DNA of 36,109 nt, from the NCBI GenBank assembly GCA_964635895.1, contig CAZWQN010000005.1, forward strand, positions 1-36,109, written 5' to 3'. The stretch comes from an uncultured Thermotogae bacterium (lineage in GTDB: Bacteria > Bipolaricaulota > Bipolaricaulia > UBA7950 > UBA9294). Positions 16,723-25,549 of the stretch are shown one piece after another. The position numbers were made by a program, and so were the translations under genes. Position 1 is the stretch's first letter, and every line of letters starts with the position of its first letter. Under the pieces are notes generated by a model. That model made no database searches. It saw only the letters and a list, made by a program, of their open reading frames with translations, and was not told where the DNA came from.

Positions 16723-17855
16723 GGCAGTTCCTTCGGCGTGACCCGCTCGGCGGAACTCTGCCGGAGCTGATCGAACAGACGGTCGAACGTGACGACCCCG
16801 ACGAGCCGCCGCTCGTCGTCCACGACAGGGAGGTTCCCCGTGGCGCTCTCGAGCATCAACGCCACGGCTTCGTTGAGCGGCATCCCTGGCGAGCCGAGCA
16901 CCGCGTAGGGGGTGACGCGGCTCGCGACAAGCTCGGAGCCGCCCTCGGACGCCGTGGCCCTTTCGATCCAGCCGAGGAATGCACCGCCGGCGTCGACGAC
17001 CGGAAGGGCCGTCCGCCCCAGCGCATCCATCGCCTGCCGCGCCGCGGCGAGCGTCTCTTCCTCGCCGATCACCGTCGGCTCGGCATCCATGATCTCCCGC
17101 ACGTTGGTCAAGCGGAGCGCCTTCAGCGTTCGATCGGTCCCCACGAACCCCCGCACGAAGTCGTCGGCCGGCTGGGCGAGGAGCTGGGACGGGGTCGCAT
17201 GCTGGATCAGGCGCCCTTCCTTCATGAGGGCGATCCTGTCTCCAAGCTTGATCGCCTCGTGGATGTCGTGGGTGACGAAGACCACCGTCTTGTGGATCTC
17301 TCGCTGGATGCGGAGGAACTCGTCTTGGAGGCGCTCGCGCGTGATCGGGTCGATCGCTCCGAACGGTTCGTCCATCAGGAGAATCGCCGGGTTTGCCCCC
17401 AACGCCCGCGCGACGCCGACGCGCTGCCGTTGGCCCCCTGACAGCTCGGCCGGATAGCGGTGAAGGTACTCGTCGACCGGCGTGAGTCCGAGCAGGTCGA
17501 GGAGCTCGCGAACCCGCTCGCGTCGCTTCCTCCTCCGCCAGCCGAGCAGGCGGGGCACCGTCGCGATGTTTTGCGCCACCGTCATGTGCGGGAAGAGGCC
17601 GATCTCCTGGATGGCGTAGCCGATCCGCCGGCGCAGGGTCGTCACCCGCATCGTCGAGACGTCGTGCCCTCCGACCGTGATCCTCCCTGAGGTGAGGGGG
17701 ACGAGCCGGTTGATCAGTCGCAGGGTCGTCGTCTTGCCGCACCCCGAAGGGCCGAGGAGCACGCAGAACTCTCCCTCGCCGATGTCGAGGGAGACGCCGC
17801 CGACGGCCCGCGTTCCGCCGGGGAAGACCTTGGTCACGTCTCGTAGCTCGATCAT
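16719..17855 (-). CDS. Osmoprotectant ABC transporter ATP-binding protein with C-terminal CBS pair (OpuCA/ProV-like)
   Basis: Walker A GPSGCGKT, LSGGQ, LLMDEPFGAIDP, VTHD, two CBS motifs (LPVVD). Confidence 0.93.
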   Translation of the reverse strand: MIELRDVTKVFPGGTRAVGGVSLDIGEGEFCVLLGPSGCGKTTTLRLINRLVPLTSGRITVGGHDVSTMRVTTLRRRIGYAIQEIGLFPHMTVAQNIATVPRLLGWRRRKRRERVRELLDLLGLTPVDEYLHRYPAELSGGQRQRVGVARALGANPAILLMDEPFGAIDPITRERLQDEFLRIQREIHKTVVFVTHDIHEAIKLGDRIALMKEGRLIQHATPSQLLAQPADDFVRGFVGTDRTLKALRLTNVREIMDAEPTVIGEEETLAAARQAMDALGRTALPVVDAGGAFLGWIERATASEGGSELVASRVTPYAVLGSPGMPLNEAVALMLESATGNLPVVDDERRLVGVVTFDRLFDQLRQSSAERVTPKELP

Positions 17856-18529
17856 GCCCTTCCCTCCCTACGAATTCCTCGCGGCGTCGACAACCGCTCG
17901 ACCACTCCCAGGGCCACGTCGAGTCCGACGGCCAAGAGAGAAACACAGATCGCTCCCGCCAGAACCAGATCAGCGCGCGTGTTCGCGATCCCACGGAAGA
18001 TGAGCTGCCCCAGTCCGCCCGCCCCGATGTACGCGCCGATCGCCGCGATCCCGACGTTCATCACGATGGCCTGCCGCAGGCCGGCCATGATCGCCGGCAC
18101 GGCCAGCGGGATTCGAACCCTCCACAGGATTTGCCTCTCGGACATCCCCATCCCCCGGCCCGCCTCGATCATCGCGGCGTCGATGCCGCGGATCGCCGTC
18201 GTCGTGTTGCGCAGGATCGGCAGGAGGCCGTACAGGGTGAGCGCGACAACGACCGGCACAAGACCGATGGACATCAGTCCGAGGGACTTCAGCACGGCCA
18301 TCAGGATCCCGTACAGCGCGAGGGAGGGGATCGTGAGGAGGATCCCCGCCACGTGCAAGACCAGCTCGGCCAGACCTTCGCGACCGCGCTTCGAGATGAA
18401 GATCCCCAGCGTCAGGCCAATGACGACCGCCAAGCCGTTGGCGATGAGCACGATCCGAATGTGCTCCACGGTCAGCTGGCCGACATAGACCCAGTGCGAC
18501 GTGAGGTAGCGCCACGTTGTCGAAAGCAT
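17852..18529 (-). CDS. Osmoprotectant ABC transporter permease
   Basis: TIPSLAL, LLPILRNT, EAGRGMGMS, IGAGGLG. Confidence 0.9.
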   Translation of the reverse strand: MLSTTWRYLTSHWVYVGQLTVEHIRIVLIANGLAVVIGLTLGIFISKRGREGLAELVLHVAGILLTIPSLALYGILMAVLKSLGLMSIGLVPVVVALTLYGLLPILRNTTTAIRGIDAAMIEAGRGMGMSERQILWRVRIPLAVPAIMAGLRQAIVMNVGIAAIGAYIGAGGLGQLIFRGIANTRADLVLAGAICVSLLAVGLDVALGVVERLSTPRGIRREGRA

Positions 18530-18535
18530 CGACAA

Positions 18536-18564
18536 GTGTTAGCGCATCAGAACAGCAAAGTCAA
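18536..18564 (-). promoter_or_regulatory. Putative sigma70-type promoter of the ABC operon
   Basis: Minus strand TTGACT-N17-TAACAC-N6-ATG in an AT-rich patch; the -10 is imperfect. Confidence 0.4.
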
Positions 18565-18582
18565 ACAGTTCGTTAAGCTTCT

Positions 18583-19572
18583 TTATGCACACTCGCGCGC
18601 GAAGTCGAGGGGCGATCGACCTTGGTTTCGATAGCCGAGGTACGGACGCGTCTCGTTGTACGCCTTGAGCCAGGCGGCGAACTCACTCTTCCAGCGCGCT
18701 ATCGGAGCCGCAGTCCAGTCGGCGCGGCGGGGCGCGACGAACTCGACTTGCAGGTCCTGCCAGAACCGCTCCACGAATCCGTTTTGCCGCGCGGCCGCCG
18801 GATGGGCGGCACGGTGGTCGATTCGGGCTTCCGCGACCGCCGCCTCGAACGGGTGGCGCGGCGGACCCCAAAAGAGCGGCACGTCGGGGGTGATCAGCGA
18901 CTCGATCGGTTGGCTACATCTCTCGTAGAACGGCAGAACCTGCTTCTTGAGAAGCTTCACGGCGTCGGCGGTGTCACGACACGCGTGCAGGGAGGCGAAG
19001 GCCACACCGCCGAAGGAGTCGACGACAAGGTGGACGTAGACGCGCGCGGCGCGCGTCGCGGCGCGGACGTCCTGCAACAGGGTTTCGCCGGGCCGAGTGC
19101 TCTCGCGGCCGCGCTCTCGAAACGCCGGATTCCACGCGTCGATCCAGGCAAGCTGCTCCTCGGTGCAAGCGGCCGCCGATGGCATCGCCAAGGCCTCGAG
19201 GCGAAGCCACCGGTCCTGAGCCGTCGCCAAACCGTGACGGCTCAGGATCTTCTGAACCGTCGGAGAGCTGATCAAGACGCCGGAGTCGCGAAGCTGACCC
19301 GCAAGGCGAACGCACCCCCACGACGGGTGGGCGAACGAGAGCTCGACCAAGTTCTGCTCGACGGCTCGCGGCGTGGCCATGGGATGGGTCTTGTGGACAG
19401 AAGGGCGGTTCCTGAGTCCGGCGAGGCCGCTCTCGCGATACCGCTTCCGGTACTGGTAGTACGAGCTGCGGGGGACCCCGAACCGCCGACATGCCTCGGA
19501 CACATTCCCGAGGCGGCCGCTCAGTTCCAGGATCTCCTTCCTTCTCAGGACGAGATCGTCACTTTCCGTCAC
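18583..19572 (-). mobile_element. IS481-family transposase-like ORF (HTH plus degenerate integrase core)
   Basis: GNVSEACRRFGVPRSSYY HTH, RPGETLLQD, VVDSFG, NGFVERF, YNETRPYLGYRNQGRSP; SD GGGAGG before GTG 19572. No terminal inverted repeats found by eye. Confidence 0.8.
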
Positions 19573-19764
19573 ACCCACGCCTCCCAGGCAGGGCGATCAT
19601 CTGCACAAGTGCCTCTGGGCCCATTCTGCACGCCGTGGGGTTCCCTCGTCAACCCTCGTGTGCCGAGGTCCAGACGGCGCCGTCAGAGGCGCTCGGTGAA
19701 GCGGCCGCGCTGCGCAAGCGATCCTTAAGAGCAAGAGAGAGCCACGTTGCGTAGCTTGGCTCTG

Positions 19765-19793
19765 TTGACCTGGCCAAGGTGCACGGCTACGAT
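19765..19793 (+). promoter_or_regulatory. Putative sigma70-type promoter of trkAH
   Basis: TTGACC-N17-TACGAT, followed by AAGGGGG and the ATG at 19818. Confidence 0.6.
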
Positions 19794-19817
19794 TCACGCG
19801 GTCAAGGGGGATTAGGG

Positions 19818-20480
19818 ATGTACATGATCATCGTCGGAGCCGGATCCGTCGGGTCCGGGGTCATTGCGCTCGCTGCGGCCGAGAAGAACGAAGTCGTCGT
19901 CATCGAGTCAAACGGTGACCGCGCCCGAGAGGTGAGCCGCGAGTACGACGTCGTCGTGCTCGATGCGGATGCGACCATCGGCGACACGCTCCGTGAGGCC
20001 GGCGCAGATCGCGCCGACGCGCTCATCGTGACCACGAGCGACGACGCGGTGAATCTGATGGTGGTCTCCATGGCGGCGGAACTTGGTATCACGTCGGTGG
20101 TCTCGGTGGTCAACGAGAAGGATCACGCTTCCTTCTTCCGGCGGCTCGGGGCGACCGTTATGCAGAACCCCGAGGAGGTCGTGGCTGCCCACCTCTACAA
20201 CACGGCACGGCGCCCCCGCGTGGTTGATTTCGTTGTCCTCCCGGAGGAGGCCGAGCTGTTCCGCCTCGCGCTGAAGGCGAAGTCGCCCCTGGTGAACCGA
20301 ACCGTCGCCCAATGCGTGAAGGAAGACAGGATCCCCGCCACCCTGCGCATCATCGGCCTCTCGCGTGAGGGCAAACGCAGCCTTGCCGAGAGCGACACGA
20401 AACTGAAGGAAGGAGACCTCGTAACGTTCTACTCCATCGAGAGGGTCTCCAACACGCTCATCACAAAGCTCATCGGATGA
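19818..20480 (+). CDS. trkA: TrkA/KtrA family K+ uptake regulatory subunit (single RCK_N plus RCK_C)
   Basis: IIVGAGSVG Rossmann motif, DAT...L..AG..RAD, DAVN; ATGA overlap with trkH. Confidence 0.9.
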   Translation: MYMIIVGAGSVGSGVIALAAAEKNEVVVIESNGDRAREVSREYDVVVLDADATIGDTLREAGADRADALIVTTSDDAVNLMVVSMAAELGITSVVSVVNEKDHASFFRRLGATVMQNPEEVVAAHLYNTARRPRVVDFVVLPEEAELFRLALKAKSPLVNRTVAQCVKEDRIPATLRIIGLSREGKRSLAESDTKLKEGDLVTFYSIERVSNTLITKLIG

Positions 20481-21991
20481 AACCCTCGTTCTTCGGGTCT
20501 CGCGAGGACCTGAGCATTGTCCTGCGCGACTTGGGTCGCGTGATGCCGGTCGTTGGGGTCATGGCGCTCGCGTCCTTGTTCGTTCCGATCGTGTATCGCG
20601 AGAGCTACGCCATCCTGCCCCTCGTCCTCACCGCCGCGGCCGCCTTCTCCCTAGCGCTCGCCCTGTACCTCCCCTTCCGGCGCGCCCCGGAGCCGCAGCT
20701 CCGCCACGCCATGATCGGCGCGTCGCTCGCGTGGCTGATCCTCCCCGCGTTCGGAGCGCTCCCGTTCGTTCTCTGTGCGCTCTGGGCCGGCGGCGGGACC
20801 ACCGCCGCGAACCTGGCTGCGTTCCGCGACCCAGCGAACGCGTTCTTCGAGTCGATGTCAGGATTCACCGGCACCGGCCTCTCCGTCGCGCCCCGCGCCG
20901 ACTTCCTACCGCACACGCTACAGTGGTGGCGAAGCTTCACCGAGTGGGTCGGCGGGCTTGGGGTCGTCGTCGTTGTCCTGTCGATCCTCTCGGGACCGCG
21001 GCCGGGAGCCGCTCTGTACAGCATGTACTATGCCGAGGCGCGGACGGAAAGGATCCAGCCCACGATTCGCTCGACCGTGCGGGCCTTGTGGTGGATCCTC
21101 TTCCTGTTCACGGCAGTGAGCATGGCCCTCCAGTGGCGACTCGGAACTCCCATCTGGCAGGCGGCGAACCACGCGATGACGGCCGTGGCCACGGGCGGCT
21201 TCTGCGTGACGGCTCCGGACGCGGCCCCGTACGCGAACGTCGGGGTGATGATCGTTCTGATGGTGTCCATGTTCGCCGGGGCGATCAGCTTCTCCGTGCA
21301 CTACGCCGCGCTCGGAGGCGGCTGGCGGAAGCTTTTCTCCGACTACCAAACCCGCGCCTACATCGGCTTCGTGCTCGTCGGGATCGCGTTCCTGACTCTG
21401 GAGAACCTGTCCCGGTCCGGGCCTCTCGCGGCGTTTCGTGACAGCGCGTTCCACTTCGTGTCCGCGGCGTCCACCACCGGGTTCCAGACTCCGGCCCTGT
21501 TGACCTGGAGCGAGACGGCCAAGCTCCTGCTCGCCGCGGGCATGTTCATCGGCGGCGCCGCTGGATCGACCGCGGGAGGCATCAAGATCATCCGCCTGGT
21601 GGTGCTCTTGAAGGGGCTTCAGTGGAGGTTCCGGCAGATCCTGTCGCCCCGACGGGCCGTGATCCCGTTCCGGATCGGTCAGACGACGATCGCCGACGAG
21701 GACGTCGGCGGGAGGCTCGAGGACGCCGCCCTGATGCTGTTCTTGTGGGCTGCGTTCATCGTCGTCGGCGTGGTGGTACTGCTGCACACCGCTCCACCGC
21801 AGTTCAGCCTTGCGGACATGGTCCTCGAGGTGGCGAGCGCGCAGGGCAACTCAGGGCTTTCGACGGGGATCACCGGACCGCAGATGGCCCTGGCCGGCAA
21901 GATGGCCCTCTGCTTCAACATGTGGGTCGGACGGCTCGAGATCATCCCGATCTTGATTCTCATCCGCTCGCTGCTCGTGCGTCGGCGCTAG
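20477..21991 (+). CDS. trkH: TrkH family K+ uptake membrane protein
   Basis: FFESMSGFTGTG, EWVGGLG, ATGGF, STTGF, GSTAGGIKIIR, GNSGLS, MWVGRLEI; all four filter glycines present. Confidence 0.93.
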   Translation: MKPSFFGSREDLSIVLRDLGRVMPVVGVMALASLFVPIVYRESYAILPLVLTAAAAFSLALALYLPFRRAPEPQLRHAMIGASLAWLILPAFGALPFVLCALWAGGGTTAANLAAFRDPANAFFESMSGFTGTGLSVAPRADFLPHTLQWWRSFTEWVGGLGVVVVVLSILSGPRPGAALYSMYYAEARTERIQPTIRSTVRALWWILFLFTAVSMALQWRLGTPIWQAANHAMTAVATGGFCVTAPDAAPYANVGVMIVLMVSMFAGAISFSVHYAALGGGWRKLFSDYQTRAYIGFVLVGIAFLTLENLSRSGPLAAFRDSAFHFVSAASTTGFQTPALLTWSETAKLLLAAGMFIGGAAGSTAGGIKIIRLVVLLKGLQWRFRQILSPRRAVIPFRIGQTTIADEDVGGRLEDAALMLFLWAAFIVVGVVVLLHTAPPQFSLADMVLEVASAQGNSGLSTGITGPQMALAGKMALCFNMWVGRLEIIPILILIRSLLVRRR

Positions 21992-22055
21992 GGAGACCCG
22001 GAGACCTCGGAGCACGCCCGGACGGGGACTCCGTCCGACAGCTTGCCTCTCCCTA
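21989..22055. terminator. Nested inverted repeat between convergent trkH and rnhA (possible bidirectional terminator)
   Basis: Inner stem CGGACGG-GGACT-CCGTCCG (22019-22037); outer TAGGGAGA...TCTCCCTA includes both stop codons. Confidence 0.4.
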
Positions 22056-22514
22056 CCGCGAGGGGATCGACGCACGGGCCAGTTCGTCCGCGCGCTCGTT
22101 GTCCGGGTCGCCGGAATGACCTTCCACCCAGTGGAAGCGCACCCGATGCGCCCCGACAAGTCGATCGAGCGCCCGCCACAGGTCCTCGTTCTTCACGGGA
22201 ACAAGCCGCTTTCCGCTCCGGCGGCGCCACCCGTTCGCCTTCCACGCGTGGATCCACTCGGTGATGCCGCTCCGCAGGTAAACGGAGTCGGTGTAGAGGT
22301 CCACTTCCGAAGGGGCTCGCAGCGCGCGCAACGCCTCGATCGCGGCGGTCAGCTCCATGCGGTTGTTCGTGGTATCGCGCTCCCCACCGTGGATCTCCTT
22401 GCGTTGGATCCCGGAGACGAGGACTGCGCCCCATCCTCCCGGACCGGGATTCCCGCTGCAGGCGCCGTCGGTGTGGATCGTCACCTTGTGCACAGTGCTT
22501 CGAATAGTACCCAT
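22053..22514 (-). CDS. rnhA: Ribonuclease HI
   Basis: [48 protein letters not shown]. Alternative GTG start at 22493. Confidence 0.95.
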   Translation of the reverse strand: MGTIRSTVHKVTIHTDGACSGNPGPGGWGAVLVSGIQRKEIHGGERDTTNNRMELTAAIEALRALRAPSEVDLYTDSVYLRSGITEWIHAWKANGWRRRSGKRLVPVKNEDLWRALDRLVGAHRVRFHWVEGHSGDPDNERADELARASIPSR

Positions 22515-22590
22515 CTCCCGCGACCTGTCGAGCTTGTTGCTCCCGCTTCGAGCGGGAACGCCGAGCTCACGCCCCGCTCCACGTTGCCCG

Positions 22591-22619
22591 TTGCCGGGCT
22601 CCGGCACGAAGACTACCAT
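22591..22619 (+). promoter_or_regulatory. Putative sigma70-type promoter of a leaderless holA transcript
   Basis: TTGCCG-N17-TACCAT-N6-ATG. Confidence 0.55.
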
Positions 22620-22625
22620 GAGCCC

Positions 22626-23579
22626 ATGCCTGCCCCCGTCGTCGTGGCCCTCGTTGGAGATCCCTACCGGTGCGACCGCGCGCTGGCGGAGCGAGAGGCG
22701 GCCATCCGGGCGGAAGACCCGTCCTGCGAGCGGCACACGCGCTTCGCCGACGAGGTCGACGTGGCGGAGTTGGACGCGGAACTGCAGTCGGCGCCGCTGT
22801 TCGCCTTCGGGCGGCACTTCGTGATCCGCCGCGCCGACGGGATCCGCAAGCCGGAGCCGTGGGCCGCGGCCCTCGAGAGGCCGCTCCCGCCCGCCACGTT
22901 CGTCACGCTCGTGGGATCCGAAATCAAGCCGGGAAGTCCGCTGGGGAAGGTTTGCCGGGCGCGCGGCGCCGTGACGGCGCTGCCTTCGCCATCACCACGC
23001 GAGGCGGCGCAGTCGGCGAGCGAGGTCGCGTCCGAACGAGGACTCCGTCTCCGCGCCGACGCGGCCGAGATCCTCGCCCGCCGCACGGGGGGAGACCTTC
23101 TGTCGCTCGCAGAGGAGACGGCTAAACTATCGGCGTTCGCGCCCGACGGCAACGTCGACGCCGAGATCGCCGACCGGCTCGTGTTCCCCGCCGCCGAACC
23201 CACGGCCTATCCGTTCTACGACCGGCTCGGGGAGAGGGACCTCCCGGCCACCCTCGCGGCCCTCGCGGAGGTGCGTGAGGACCCGGGCCGCCTGCTCGGA
23301 GGAGCGGTTCGCCACTTCGCCCGCCTGGCGGCTGTGCGCCTGCTCGTCGAGCAGCGCGTGCCGCAGGCGGAGGCCGCAGAGCTCGCGGCCGTTCCCGTGT
23401 GGCGCCTGCGCCGTCTTCTGCCCCAGGCCAAGCGCTTCCGGCTCGAAGAAGCCGCCGCCGCCCTCGACCTCAGCGTCCGGCTCGACGCACGGGTCAAGAG
23501 CGGCGGCATCCAAGCGTTCGACGCGCTGCTCAAGCTCGTCTTCGGCGTTACCCTTTCCCCTCCACCTCGGCGGGGATGA
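22626..23579 (+). CDS. holA: DNA polymerase III delta subunit
   Basis: [43 protein letters not shown]; length about 317 aa as expected. Divergent sequence. Confidence 0.75.
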   Translation: MPAPVVVALVGDPYRCDRALAEREAAIRAEDPSCERHTRFADEVDVAELDAELQSAPLFAFGRHFVIRRADGIRKPEPWAAALERPLPPATFVTLVGSEIKPGSPLGKVCRARGAVTALPSPSPREAAQSASEVASERGLRLRADAAEILARRTGGDLLSLAEETAKLSAFAPDGNVDAEIADRLVFPAAEPTAYPFYDRLGERDLPATLAALAEVREDPGRLLGGAVRHFARLAAVRLLVEQRVPQAEAAELAAVPVWRLRRLLPQAKRFRLEEAAAALDLSVRLDARVKSGGIQAFDALLKLVFGVTLSPPPRRG

Positions 23580-24921
23580 ACTTCCAGAAGCCCGCCTTCT
23601 CCATAAGGAGTCGACTCGCGATCAGCGCGCAGTAGAGGCTGGCGATGATCCCGAGCGCCAGGGTCACGGCGAAGCCGCGGACCGGCCCCGTCCCCACGAG
23701 GAGAAGGATCAGGGCGATCGCCATGTTCGCGACGTTCGAGTCGATGAGCGCCGACATGGAGCGATCGTGGCCGGAACGCACGGCGGCGAGCGGTGACTTC
23801 CCCGCGCGTCGCTCTTCCTTGATGCGTTCGAAGATGATCACGTTCGCGTCGACCGACGTGCCGATCGTGAGGATGATCCCGGCGATCCCGGGCAGCGTCA
23901 GCACGGCGCGGAACAAGACGAGGGCGCCGAACAGGATCAGCATGTTCAGCGTGAGCGCAACGTCGGCCACGATCCCGAGCGCGCGGTAGTAGAAGAGCAT
24001 GTAGATCAGGATGATCCCGAACCCGATGACGATGCTCATCATCCCGCGCGTGATCGAGTCGCTCCCGAGCGTCGGCCCGATGGTCGTCTCCTCGTCGATC
24101 TGAACCGCCACGGGAAGGGCTCCCGCTCGCAGCACGACCGCCAGCCGCTTCGCTTCCTCCTGGGTAAACTGCCCGGAGATGGTGGTCTGGTCCTTCACGC
24201 CGCGCCATCCCTCGGTTCGCGCCACCTGCACGATGCTCTCCTCGATGACCGGCGCGCTGTACACCGTGCTGTCGAGGATGATGGCCAGGCGTTCGCCCGC
24301 ACCGAGAGTCCGCAGGACCTGGGCGAACTGCTCGGCCCCGTCCTGGTTGAACGACAGCTGGATGTGGAACCTCCCCCTCGCCGTGATGGTCTGCGCTACC
24401 TGAACGTTCGCATCCGCCAGGGCCGCTCCCGTCAGCAGGACGTCGCGCTTCACGATGTGCGGGATTCCCTCGCGGTTGCGGAGCAGCTCTTCGTCGTCCG
24501 ACTCGGGGACGAGGTCGTCGAGGGGCGACGACCCCACCTGCACGACCTGGCGGAACTCGAGCATCGCCGTCTGACCGATGAGCTGGCGAGCCTCGACGGG
24601 GTCCGCAGCGCCGGGGATGTTGATGAGGATGCGGTCGCCGCCGAACCGCCGGATCTCCGCGTTGGCGAGTCCGTACTGGTCGATGCGGTTCGCGAGGATC
24701 TCGATGATGCGTTCGATCGTCTCGGTCTGGGACTTGGCGTCCATCTCCGACACGCCCTCCCCCTCGAGGACGAGGCGGACGCCTCCCTGAAGATCGAGGC
24801 CGAGGTTCACGACGTCCTTGAGCGGCCAGAACGGCCAGACCAGGTACAAAGAGCCGACAAGGAGGAGGACGACCGAAGCGAACCGCACCCAGTCGCCACG
24901 AGTCATTTCATGATGTGCCAT
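23548..24921 (-). CDS. secD: Protein translocase subunit SecD
   Basis: LGLDLQGG, RIDQYG, LRAGALP, IGPTLG, LTLPGIAGIILTIG, VDANVIIFERIKEE, GTGPVRGFA. Confidence 0.95.
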   Translation of the reverse strand: MAHHEMTRGDWVRFASVVLLLVGSLYLVWPFWPLKDVVNLGLDLQGGVRLVLEGEGVSEMDAKSQTETIERIIEILANRIDQYGLANAEIRRFGGDRILINIPGAADPVEARQLIGQTAMLEFRQVVQVGSSPLDDLVPESDDEELLRNREGIPHIVKRDVLLTGAALADANVQVAQTITARGRFHIQLSFNQDGAEQFAQVLRTLGAGERLAIILDSTVYSAPVIEESIVQVARTEGWRGVKDQTTISGQFTQEEAKRLAVVLRAGALPVAVQIDEETTIGPTLGSDSITRGMMSIVIGFGIILIYMLFYYRALGIVADVALTLNMLILFGALVLFRAVLTLPGIAGIILTIGTSVDANVIIFERIKEERRAGKSPLAAVRSGHDRSMSALIDSNVANMAIALILLLVGTGPVRGFAVTLALGIIASLYCALIASRLLMEKAGFWKFIPAEVEGKG

Positions 24922-24931
24922 GCGGCGTCCC

Positions 24932-25300
24932 TCACTTCTCCAGTTTCCGGACGATGCTCGCCTTGGCCATGCGGAGCTTCGCGCCCTCCTCGAGAAGGAG
25001 GACCACCGACGTGTCGCCGATCGAGTCGACCTCGGCGATGATCCCGCCGGCCGTCATCACCTTGTCTCCGCGCTTCAGCCCCGAGAGGAGGCTGTTCATC
25101 TCCTGCTGCCGCTTGCGCTGCGGGCGGATCAGCATGAAGTAGAAGATCGCGCCGAACGCCACGAGCAGGATGACGAGGGGCAGGTACTGCGAGATCCCGG
25201 ATGGGGTCGTCGAGGTCGATGTCCCCTCGATCGCCTGCGCCCATGCCGCGCCGGAGAGAACCAGCAAGAGAAGACCACACGCTACGACCGCTCGGCCCAT
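24932..25300 (-). CDS. yajC: Preprotein translocase subunit YajC
   Basis: FYFMLIRPQRKRQ, LKRGDKVMTAGGI; immediately upstream of secD; SD AAGGAG. Confidence 0.93.
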   Translation of the reverse strand: MGRAVVACGLLLLVLSGAAWAQAIEGTSTSTTPSGISQYLPLVILLVAFGAIFYFMLIRPQRKRQQEMNSLLSGLKRGDKVMTAGGIIAEVDSIGDTSVVLLLEEGAKLRMAKASIVRKLEK

Positions 25301-25549
25301 GCTATCACTCCTTCGCGACGATCCGGCGGCGCTCCATCCCCGTGGCGAGAGAGGGATTCCCGACCGCGCCGTACGTCGCCGCGATGCTTGTGTGCCCTGG
25401 AACTGCCTTCCCTACGACAACCGACGGCCCAAGAAGCGGGGGACACGTCGGCGCAGAGTATACCGTAGAGCCCCGCCAAGATCGACGTCCTCCCCGGAGG
25501 GAACGGCTCGTCCCGCCGCCGCACCGGCACGGGTGTGGGGCCGGGCCGT

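Noticed and set aside
18530-19760. Terminal inverted repeats or target-site duplication for the IS481-like element (ACAAGTG occurs near both 18532 and 19605)
   Set aside because: A 7-bp direct match only, with the left copy inside the permease promoter region; no TGT...ACA-bounded inverted pair could be identified.
19580-19817. c-di-AMP (ydaO) or other riboswitch upstream of trkA
   Set aside because: The predicted leader after the -10 is only about 20 nt and no conserved riboswitch motifs were recognised.
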